Shown: positions 1 through 10,304 of the stretch, one piece after another | Layout: the number at the start of each line of letters is the position of its first letter | Numbering within the stretch: the first letter of the stretch is position 1 | Assembly (NCBI RefSeq): GCF_016433145.1 | Contig: NC_058130.1 | Coordinates: forward strand, 140,521,358-140,585,357 | DNA length: 64,000 nt | Source: Gracilinanus agilis | Taxonomy: Eukaryota | Reading direction: 5' to 3' | The notes under the pieces: model-generated | Told to the model about the DNA's origin: nothing | The model's input: the letters and a program-made list of their open reading frames with translations, nothing else | The model's database searches: none | Position numbers and translations under genes: made by a program

Positions 1-3000
1 CTTGGGCAAACATTAATCAAAAACCTACAGTACACAGTGCACGGGGCAGCCCTTCCTTCTTTACATTCCCTCCCCCCCACTTCTAGAAGTCGAGTTCCCT
101 TCAGTTGTGGTCCCTTAACTCCATCACCCCAGGCCCTCTAACCTTCACTGAGCCAGTCACTTCTCTGACATGTCTCTCTCCAGCTTCTTCACACAGAGTG
201 CTTCTGCCTCAGTACACAGATAGTAAAGAATGGCCTAATAGTGAGATAATTGGAAATGGAGTCAAGGGACCTGAGTTCTAGTGACTGTTCTGCCATTTTA
301 TTAGTGCCAGTTAGGTTCACCTTCTTCAGAAGGGATACACACCACATTTCTGAGGTCATCTGTACATACACAGGTTGAATTCTTTCGTATGCTCACATCC
401 AGGAAAGTAGTCAATGGTATCCAATGCAACTTTTTTCTATCAGGGTCTATAAAGATGCTGGCCTGATTGCTCAAAGTCCATCCAGAGAATTATGCCAGGC
501 CTGGCTTGGCTGAAGACTTCCAAGGAAAACATTTTGAACACCAGTTTTCTCAACTGGCCCATTTTTAGTGCACTTTATAAATATGTGGTAAGTGATAAAG
601 GATAATAGAATCTAGACACATTAGGCTAGACATAGAAGTGAGTTTATTGAAGAGAAGGATTGTGTTGTTTTCATCTTTGTATCCCCAGTACCTATACTTA
701 ACAAATATTTATTCAATTATAGAATGCCATAACTATAAAGAACCTTATTTGCCATGATAGAAAGGGTTCAGCCTGAGTTTTGAGAGACCTAAGTTCCAGG
801 AGACCTTAGTTTCTCTATCTCAACAAAGGCTTCCATATTGGCATAGAGGCAATACTTGGGTTTTCTAAGGGGACAGAGGATGTAGAAGAGAACCAAAAGA
901 ATTCTCCAAGATTATGCTAGCAGAAAGCAAAGGGTCACAGGTTCTACCATGATGGAAGAACTTTTAAGTATGAACCTAATACCAAACTTTATCTGCTTTC
1001 TAAGGACCAGTTAAACATAAGAAGACTCATTACCAGTTAGTTGACCATCTGGTGATAAAGTCTTCTGGTCTAGGCAACAGATGAAACAAAAATGTAAAAA
1101 AGCCCTCAGTCCTATATGACCCACTTAACATTTCTGTAGCAACAGTGGCAGATAGAAAAAGGGAGAAGAGAATCCTAAGTAAAATCACATACTTTTTAGA
1201 CTGTGAACATCAAATGTGAGATCTGAGATACAGTAGCTAAAGGAGAAGACAAAACAAGTTGCCATTAAATGGAAGGGTGGCTCCCAGTTTATTCTCTGGA
1301 TAGCAAATAAAGGAATTGGCAGAATTTTTTATAGTTTGTGTAGAAACAAGAAGAAACATTATTTCATAGAAAATCTGCTCATCTTTTGTATGGCAGTACA
1401 CAAGTTAAACATCTGAAATAAGGCAATTATGTGAAGACGACTGCAACTTATATACCAATATCCATTCAGGATGAGGAGAAAGAAAAATTCTATTAAAAAC
1501 TCAAGATCAGATTCCTCCAAATTAAATCAACATCTATTTTAATAGTAACTTCAATATAAAAGTAGACATAGGAAAGGATGGCAAATAATATATTGTAAAA
1601 CATGATCTAAGAATAAGTAATGAGAAGCACATAAAATTTATAGACTATATGGAAATCTCATGTCCACAAATAATGAATATGCCTTCTTCAGAAAGAGGTA
1701 GGAGGCACTGAGCCTTACAAGCATCACAAAAAGAAAAGAAAGTAATCATATTTTAACAGATAAGAAATAACTGGGTACTGATGTGGGAGTAATTACCAAC
1801 TTAGCTGTCAGTGTATATTTATCAAATTGTTAAAGAAAAGATCAAAATTAGAATAAAGAACAAAAATGAACAGTTATTTCATTCAATTGAAGCAACCTCA
1901 ATTTGACCTACTTAAAGAAGTTGTTGATGCCAAAAATAAATAAATAAGAAAATGAATAAAAGAACAATGACAAAGATCATCAGTTTCCTAAGGAAATTTA
2001 ACCAATATAACTTAATTGCCACAAGGAGGAGCTCAAAAGAGCCTAGAAACTGCTTCAGCCTACAAATACTATATCTCTTTGCCAAAGTGATATGACACCC
2101 AAGATAACACTAGTTTAGAATATAAACATTTATAAAATCCTGTAGAGGAAGATGGTGGCAAATTAGGAAGATGCATTAAACGGGAGGGAAGCAAATGTTT
2201 ACAGGAGCTTTAAAAAAGCCAGATCATTCTGAAAACATTTAAGTATGAAATTAGAAAGAAAAACAACAAACATGAAAAATGGAAAAAGGGTCTGTCAAAA
2301 TGATTAAAACAGTAACAATGTTTTTCTCCTTTATCAGATTCCCTCCATTATCATTTCGCCCCTCATTCTCTAATCCTCAATCTCTTCCTATATCTACTGT
2401 TTCTTTTCCTACCTACAAATATTCTCAAATCTCTCCATCCTTAAAAAAATTCACTAAATCCAACCATCTCTGCTATCTAGTTTTAGACAGATATACATAG
2501 AGAATATAAAAGATAGATAAATCAATGGATATAAATTCAACTGAAACTACCCTCTTCAAGGTTAACATATTTCCTAATTGTCAAATTCAGTGGCTTTTTC
2601 TCAATACTCACCCTTCTTGATCTCTCTGTAGCATTCAATACTGATGACAACTCTTCTTCTCTAATAGTTTCCAGGCCACTGCTCTCTTGGTTCTCCTCCT
2701 ACATGTCCAAGTGCTCTTCTCAGTCTACATGATATCACATTCTTTAAAAGTGGTTATAACCTAAGGCTCTGCCCTGGGCCCTTTTTTCTTTCCTCTCTAC
2801 TCTCACTAGTGACTTCATTAGCTCCTATGAGTTCAATGATAATCTCTATGAAGATGATAACTCCCATCTATTTTCCAGCCCTAGATTCTAACCTGAGCCC
2901 CAGGCTTACATCACCACCTGCCTATTGGATATTTCAAACTGGATAACCCATAGAAATCTCAAACTCAACATGTACAAAATAAAATTCCATTATTTTGTCC

Positions 3001-3061
3001 TCACAAATCTACCTTTCTTCTAAAACTTCCCTATTTCTGTCAAGGGCACCACCAACCTTCT

Positions 3062-3750
3062 TGTAGGAGTCCAGGCTTATTAATCTTGATATTATTTTAG
3101 GAGTACTCAAAAAGCTGACTCTTATGATTGGTTTCTGTAACCTTGAGTTAAATTAAACCTTAACTGTGTCAAATTCCTAGCCCTTCCCAGAGGCTGCACT
3201 CCAGTAAATTGGTCAGCAATCTCAGTCTCCTTATTTTACCAATAACAATCAATTAACATATATATCAAACAAACTTTGATGCCTTAGGCCATATGTACTC
3301 CTGATCTAGTTAGGTGTACCTATTGTCTTAGGATCCCCCAGTTTGTATCTCATGATGATTACTTCATAAAGTTAATGTATCAGACCACTTGTCTAATTAT
3401 CATTGTCCTTTCCCCCTATACTATTGTAACCACAATAAAAACACCAGTATGTCGGATTAAGGGAGAAGCTCTTAACCATGGAAGCTTTTGACCACCAGAG
3501 CTCTGGACCATCTAAGCTCTTCACCATCAGAGCTTCATCCAATGAAGCTCTATCCCACCAGAGTTAACTTGCTGTCTGACTACTTCGAGTCGGAACTTTC
3601 TTTGTCTTTGTGTTTTTATTTTCGCCTTATGCACTCCTTCCCTTAGACTTTAACTTGCAACCCATTTTTCTCTCAGTCCCTGGTTCCCCTTTCTTAGTGT
3701 TTTACCCACTGGGAACTTTTGTGAAGTCAGTGGACGTCTTCACTTCTACA
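3062..3750 (+). mobile_element. Probable solo ERV LTR
   Basis: About 690 bp starting TG and ending CA, cleanly splitting the L2. AATAAA at 3434 and short internal aagctct/ccagagct repeats. The target-site duplication is only partial. Confidence 0.55.
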
Positions 3751-3821
3751 GTTCCAGCCTTACGATCTCGTCCTCCTTGATTCCTCAGTTTCACCCCACA
3801 TATTTAATGTTCTCAAATTTT

Positions 3822-4003
3822 TTTTTAAACCCTTGTACTTCGGTGTATTGTCTTATGGGTGGAAGATTGGTAAGGGTGGGCAATGGGGGTCAAGTGACCT
3901 GCCCAGGGTCACACAGCTGGGAAGTGGCTGAGGCCGGGTTTGAACCCAGGACCTCCTGTCTCTTGGCCTGACTCTCACTCCACTGAGCTACCCAGCTGCC
4001 CCC
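3822..4003 (-). mobile_element. Opossum-type CORE SINE (SINE1/SINE2_Mdo-like) with 14-bp TSD
   Basis: Reverse complement of the ggggcagct... head with the gtgaccctgggcaagtcac core. tgttctcaaatttt is duplicated at 3808-3821 and 4004-4017. Confidence 0.9.
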
Positions 4004-5015
4004 TGTTCTCAAATTTTATCATTTCTCTCTCTATAACATTTCTAAATATGCTTCCTCTCCACTCACCCAGCTACCACACTAATTCTGGCATTCATCACCT
4101 TTTCCTTCTATTGCAATAGCCTTCTAATTAATTCTCTGCCTCCAGTCTTGTTCCTCCTCCAATCTATCCAGCCACCAAGCTGCTTTTTCTAAAGCAGAGA
4201 TAGATAGGTCTAACATGTCACAACCCCTACCTCTCTCCCCAGTGAACTCCAATTCACCTCAATCCCTCCAACTAACTCCTTATTACTTCTGGGATTAGAT
4301 ATAAACTGCTATTTTATATTTAAAACTCTTTGCAATTTTGCTTCAATATGTCCATCCAGCTCTATTACACATGACTTCCCTCCATAAACTCTTAAGGTTC
4401 ATTCAGCCTGGCCTTGTCATTGCTTAAACAAAACATTTCATCTTCTTTTTTGGTACCTTTTGCACTTGACTGTACCACAAGCCTGGAATGCTAACCTCTC
4501 TCACTTCTTTCTGTCTCTGGTTCCTTCAAAGATAATTCAAATTCTGCATTTTGTATGAGGCACTCCTGCTTCTCTTAACTGCTAATCCTTTGCCCCATTT
4601 TGTATATGCCTGTATATGTACATGTTATCTCTCTGATAAAATAAAAGGCACTATTTATATCTTGTGCTCTAAACATAATGCCTGACATAGTAAAAGCTTG
4701 TTAACTGACTGACTGTGAAACCCAACATTTATGTCATAATATCTATCCTAGACATGAGAAGCAGTAGAAAGAGAACTGGCATTTGTTGTAAGGAGAGACC
4801 CAGGCTTAGATCCTAATTCTAACATTTGCTATGTGGCCTTGGACAAGTCACTTAAAATCTCTGAGCCTCAGTTTCTTAATCTGTAAAATTGGAATAATAA
4901 TAATACCTGTAGTACTTACTTTAGAAGGTTGTTAAGAGGATCAAATGAGAATTTTTATATGGTTTGCAAACTTTAAAAGTACTATACAGGGTATTGCAAA
5001 AGTCTTAAAAGATAT

Positions 5016-5213
5016 ATTTTTTTAACTCTTAGCTTCTATCTTAGAATCAATACTGTGTGTTGGTTCCAAGGCAGAAAAGGAGTAAGGGCTAGGAAATTGG
5101 GGTTAAGATTTGCCAAGGGTCACACAGTTGGGAAGTTTCTGAAGCCCCATTAGAACCCAGGACCTCCTGTTTTCAGGCCTGGTTCTCTATCCACTAAGCT
5201 ACCTAGCTGCCCC
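5016..5213 (-). mobile_element. SINE1_Mdo-like SINE
   Basis: Head, core and cttagaatcaatactgtg tail pattern shared with the other copies in this window. Confidence 0.85.
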
Positions 5214-5305
5214 TTTAAACTTTTAATAGCTTAAGACTGCACTTAGATTCTTGGAGCACCCTGAATTAATGTCATTATTAATGTGCCACATGACAAAGTT
5301 GAAAA

Positions 5306-5307
<2 letters not shown>

Positions 5308-5337
<30 letters not shown>
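5308..5337. repeat. (CA)n microsatellite
   Basis: Seen directly. Confidence 0.98.
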
Positions 5338-5342
<5 letters not shown>

Positions 5343-6171
5343 AAAAGGACAAGAACAGCTAGGTAAGACTAGGTATAAAAGAAATAAGAAGATCTCTATT
5401 GGTAACAACATAATTTTAAAGGGATCAATTCTCAAATTTCATAAGGGGAGGACAATCAAAAATTTCAAAAAACATTTTAAAGGCATTTTTTAAGCAAGTG
5501 GAAAAATTTAAACTACTGACCCATATGCCTATAAAATCTTTTTGAGAATAATCTACAAATATTACCAAGAATATAATGAAAGCATAAAAAAAAAGGTCAA
5601 GTTTTTACAAAAGAGTTTCTCCAGCAGACCACACTTTTGTAGTCACAACTGACTAAAATATGGAAAGAATGGAAGATCCTAGTGTTATTCCTTATTGACT
5701 ATAAAGAAGTATATGGTTCACCTCAAAGTCTCTCCTCCAATAAGTTCTAACCCAGGCAGACATTCAAAATCATACAATATTCTTTCCTTGAAAAATTATC
5801 AACAAAGATCACTTTGCTCAATGAACCTCTCTTTATTAGTATCAGGTAAAGCACAAAACAAGGAGGCTTATGTTTGTTAAAGCTCCTTGCCATCCTCCTG
5901 GAGGCCATCCCAGTATAGAGTCCAAAGGGTTCCTTATAAAAGGTGAGGGCCTCCAGATACTTGTGTTTGCTGATGACTTTGACCTGTATCAAGCCCTAGA
6001 ATACTTCAGTCTCCCAAGTGAGATTTATAATCACACAAAATAATTTAACCTAACTAGTCACATAGGAAAAACCCAGAAGAGGAAAAAATGTCTATTATCT
6101 ACCAACTAGACTGATAAATGCTGGAGGAGCTCTGAAAAGGCAGGAATGCTGATACATTTTTGGTAGACCTA

Positions 6172-7088
6172 TAAATTAGTCCAAATGTTCTGGAAAACAG
6201 TTTGGAAATGTATTAGAAAAGTAATTAAACTATAATATAATATAAATCATTTGTTTGAACCCAGCAATACTATAAGGTAAATACCCCAAGAAAGTCAAAG
6301 TCAGAGGCAAGGATCCCCATTTGTGGGATAAATACAAAAATATTTATAGCAACATTTTTTTCTTCATGGCAGTGAGAAACTGAAAGCAAAGTGAATATCT
6401 ATTAAATCTGGAATGGTTGAATAAATTATGTCATGTGAATGAAATGGAGAGAATATTATTGTTATAAGAAATGACAAAATGAAAAATTCAGGATAGCTTT
6501 AAAAACCTTCTTTTTTTTTTCTTTTTTTAAAAAGCCCTTACCTTCCGTCTTGGAGTCAATACTGTGTATTGGCTCCAAGGCAGAAGAGTGGTAAGGGTAG
6601 GCAATGGGGGTCAAGTGACTTGCCCAGGGTCACACAGCTGGGAAGTGTCTGAGGGCAGATTTGAACCTAGGACCTCCCATCTCTAGGCCTGGCTTTCAAT
6701 CCAATGAGCTACCCAGCTGCCCCTCAAAAACTTTCTACATATAAACTGAGACTTGGGAAAGTAAGTAGAACCAGATGAACAATTTGCACAATGGGCACAA
6801 TAACATGAAGAAAAATAACTTTAACAGATATCAGAACTCTTGACAAATGTTGTAACCCACCACAGTTACAAAAGACTAACAGTGAAATAGACATTCTACC
6901 TCTTCTGAAGAGATGGGAGACTGAAGGTATGAAATGTGGTATGCTGTCAGATATGGCCAATGTATAGGCTTTTTTTGTTTAACTGTATTTTGTTACAGTT
7001 AAGGATTCTATTGTTGGAAAGGGTGGAAAGGGGAGTTACTGAGAAGTAACTATGCTATAAAAATTAAAAAGAACATCAATAAAACATC
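6172..7088 (+). mobile_element. Old L1 3' fragment interrupted by a SINE
   Basis: Degenerate L1 ORF2 C-terminus (aaatatttatagcaac; ggaatggttgaataaattatg), 3' UTR and A-rich tail. Confidence 0.7.
6512..6723 (-). mobile_element. Young SINE1_Mdo-like SINE
   Basis: Near-consensus copy with poly-T. The flanks aaaaaccttct and aaaaactttct act as a TSD. Confidence 0.9.
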
Positions 7089-8379
7089 TAAGTGCCTATT
7101 GTCCTATGAAGTTACATGACAACTCACAGAGCTAGCCCAGAAATATATTCATCTTGGAAAGACATAAGCAGATAAGCAATGAACTGGGCCAAGAATCAAA
7201 TAGGGAAGAGAAGAGTTGGCTGAATTACCTTTGAGAAACTGTTCAGTGCTTTTAACAACCCTCTAGCCAGAAACAAAAAAAAACAAAAACCAAAACCAGA
7301 AACCAAGGGAAACATTTAAAAATGAAAAACTAACAGATGTATTTAATGTCCTCTCTGAAACCAAGACCCAACAATATTTTTTCAATAATGCTATCTGGTT
7401 GTCATGGAATTCCACAGTCTCCTAAGAATTAAATATGAAGGTTACTCAAAGGGCAATACAAAAACATGTGGTGGGTGTGAGTGGGCTGTAACATATGACC
7501 AAGAAAGAATGATAAGGGAAGAGAAAAAAGGATGTCATCAGAGAGCTGTATGCACAGAAAAGGAAGGGAGCTAGTCATGTGACAAGAACAAAGGAAGCAA
7601 GGAACAGCCAAATAAATGGTCCAATCTGTCCAAAGGTCTGGAGGAAGGCCCTCAGCACAGTTGAGAGGAGGATTTATGGTCAATAAGCATTGATTAAGCA
7701 CCTACTATGGGCCAGGCATTGTGCTCAGTTGCTGAGATAGGAAGAAAAACAAAATGAGTCCCTGTCCTCAGAGAGGTCACAGTCTTAACAGGGAAGACAA
7801 CATGCAAATAACTATGAACAAACAAGATATAAACAGACCAAATTGGAGATACAGGGAAGGCACCAGTATTAAGGGGTATTGGGAAAGACCTTGTAGAAGG
7901 TGGGATTAAAGGAAGGCTGGGTCTTAAAGGAAGTCAAAATATAAATAGGTTGCAATGTGAACTGCTATACTAATGAGCTCAAGATTCTATGAAATGTTCA
8001 AAGTATCAATCTTTAGTGCCCACCATCGTGTCTTATGAGATAGAATAGAACGTCTATATGAGAAAGAATCTTATTGTGCAATGGAAAGAGGCTTGGAACT
8101 CCTAGTTTTTGGTCCTTATTTTGCCACTAACCCACCATGTAGACCTTGGGCAAATCACTTTCTCTGGGCCTCAATTTCCCTACTATCCAAATGAGGGTTT
8201 GGGGTGAGCCATTGAGGTTCTGTGATTCTAATTCAATACCCTTCCCCCTTCCTTCCTATAAAAGAGGAAACTGAGGCTCAGAGATACAGTGAACTTGCCC
8301 ATAGTTCATACATACATATGTATGCATGGGTATGTACAAGATATATTGACCCAGGCCTCCTTTGGGCATCTTCTGGCAT

Positions 8380-8475
8380 GCCGGTAACATGACACCCATG
8401 GGGAGCTTCATCAGGTAACAAACAAAGATGCGGGCAACAGTTTCCCCTAGCAACTGGCAGGTGTTGGTAGTAACC
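8380..8475 (+). promoter_or_regulatory. Probable CCDC78 promoter: RFX X-box cluster plus forkhead site
   Basis: Full X-box GTTTCC-CCT-AGCAAC at 8440-8454. RGYAAC half-sites at 8383, 8414, 8433, 8449 and 8469. Forkhead-like ACAAACA at 8418-8424. Confidence 0.65.
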
Positions 8476-8635
8476 CTAAGAGTGACTAAATGGGAAGGTG
8501 GCACATTTCCTCTGTTCCTCCAGACTAAGCTCTACTCATCCAGAGCTTTCCATATTTCATACCACGGAGAACCAAACAGGCAAGGACCATGCAGTGGGCA
8601 CAGCTACCACAGCACAACAGCACACCATCAAGCAA
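8389..8635 (+). CDS. CCDC78: Tentative first two coding exons of CCDC78 (8389 or 8398-8414, and 8524-8635)
   Basis: ATG 8398 (or in-frame ATG 8389), donor AG|GTAACA at 8414/8415, 109-nt intron, pyrimidine-rich acceptor ttcctctgttcctccag at 8523, then 112 nt open ending CAA|GTGAGT in phase 0. This joins in frame to exon 10305 and gives MGSFIRLSSTHPELSIF...HTIKQ-VQIRP. I recognise no homology for this peptide. Confidence 0.5.
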
Positions 8636-9091
8636 GTGAGTCCTTGCCCATCCCTGGGAGTGGGAGCCTGTCACCCCGACCCACCACTCTCCCCTTCCTT
8701 TCAAGCCTCTCTCCCTCACTAATCCTACAAGTTGAAGAGGAACAGGGGTGCTTCTGTTCCAAGTCACAGATGTGGGGAAGTATGATGTCACGGAGCACTG
8801 GATTTGCAACCACAAGTCCTGGGTTCCAATCCCTTTTGCTATGTGACTGCTGGAATCAGCCTCTTGGAGGTTATTTACAAAATGAGGGAGAAACATGTGG
8901 ATTGATTATCTCAAAGATTCCTTCCAATTCTAATATTTTATGATTCTGAATCAGAAGCCCAGAGACAGTGAGGCTAGTTAGAGAGTAGGGCAGCGAGCCC
9001 ATCATCATCTGACTAGATGATTGGTTGAGGAAGAGGTCCATTTACCCATCAGAGCTGAGACAGTATGGACAGACTCGGAAAGAGTAAGGAA

Positions 9092-9297
9092 GGGGAGCAG
9101 CTAGGTGGCTCAGTAGATTGAGACCAAGGCCTAGAAACAAGAGGTCTTAGGTTCAAATTTGAATTCAGATACTTCCTAGCCATGTGGCTGTAGGCAAGTC
9201 ATTTAATCCCAATTGCCTAAGCCCTTACTGCTCTTCTGCCTTGGAACCAATACATGGTATTGATTCTAAAATGGAAGGTAAGGGTTGGTTTTTTTAA
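9092..9297 (+). mobile_element. SINE1_Mdo-like SINE
   Basis: gcagctaggtggctcag head, core and ggaaggtaagggtt tail. Confidence 0.85.
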
Positions 9298-10304
9298 GTG
9301 AGGAAGAGGGCTGGGGAAAAATCTCGGATTTCCTAGGCTGGGAGTGGCTCATTCCCACAGAACCTTTGTGGGCCTCTATGGGTTGTTTGAGGAAGGCCAG
9401 AAATAGAGGAGAGGTAGATACCTCTATTCAGCTCCTGTTTGACCAGCTCTAGGGAAAGACTGAGGAGAGTGTGCTGGGCTAAAATAAAGTTTGGGGATGA
9501 TCCATGTTTTTCAATTCTCCAGACCTTCCTATAGCTATAACTGGGGGGCTGGAGGATGTTCATTGGCATTTACTGAGTTCCAGCATCTAAAGTCCTTGGA
9601 ATGAAGGGAATTAGAAGAGGGTGGGGGATTGGAGGAAGTGCTAGGGAACAGAATGAAAGAATTTGGGGAAAGGGGCATTCATCAGAGGTGACACAAATGA
9701 ATAGTGAGTGCCCCAGCTCTTTTCTTTTGTCTCTAAGATGGTAGGTCATAGGAGGCCAGCATTGGAAAGTACCTTAGAAACCATCTTTTATAACCCCTTT
9801 TTTCAAAGGAGGAAACAGGTCCCAGGAGAGGAAAGGACTTGTCCAGGGTCACACAGCTAGTTAATGACACAGCTGGGATTGCATGCAGTACCTAGTTCCC
9901 AAGGCAGGGCTTTTCCCTAGAAGATCTAAGCAGAGTGATGTCCAGTGTATATAGTAAGAGGGACAGTCCTAAATAAATCATACATACATAAGGATCCCTG
10001 TGGGTCACATATTGACTTAGTTTAAAATGTAATATAATACTTTCTATGTTCTCTTGTATTATTACTTATTTTGTTGAATATTTCCCAAGTACATTTTAAT
10101 CTGGTTCTGGCTGCAACATATCAAGAACGTTGTATTGCCAACAGGCCTTGTATCTGAGCCCTCTGCTCTGACTAAAGAAATGGACTGACAAACAGTTCCC
10201 TTTGCCTGGTCAATCTGAGGGTGAAGGGCAAAGGTGGCTGGGAGGGGAGAGAGAGACTGGCTTAGGTTAGTGCACACAACTGCCCCTTCTCCCTGCTGGT
10301 CTAG

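Larger units (their letters stand above)
2330..4720 (+). mobile_element. L2 LINE ORF2/3' fragment, interrupted by an LTR and a SINE
   Basis: Pyrimidine-rich L2-type RT remnants, including a mutated YADD (TAT GAA GAT GAT at 2847-2858) and ctcaaactcaacatg (LKLNM), with an L2-like 3' tail near 4600-4720. Confidence 0.7.
1140..7680 (+). mobile_element. Fragmented, degenerate RTE-clade LINE (pieces at about 1140-2320, 5220-6170 and 7090-7680)
   Basis: Decayed endonuclease-like segment near 1550-1850, RT-domain remnants including TTT GCT GAT GAC (FADD) at 5966-5977, and C-terminal ORF remnants after 7090. It is interrupted by other repeats. Boundaries are approximate. Confidence 0.65.

Noticed and set aside
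142-371. Minus-strand exon-like pieces (about 355-317 and 213-143) that could splice to DLRNVVCIPSEEG-RSTLCEEAGERHVREVTGSVK; includes track ORF 189-371
   Set aside because: No resemblance to HAGHL or any protein I recognise, several competing acceptors, and the next candidate exon closes the frame at once.
8428-8943. 171-aa plus-strand ORF at the CCDC78 5' end
   Set aside because: It is in a different frame from the spliced CCDC78 path, runs into MIR-derived sequence and has no recognisable domain.
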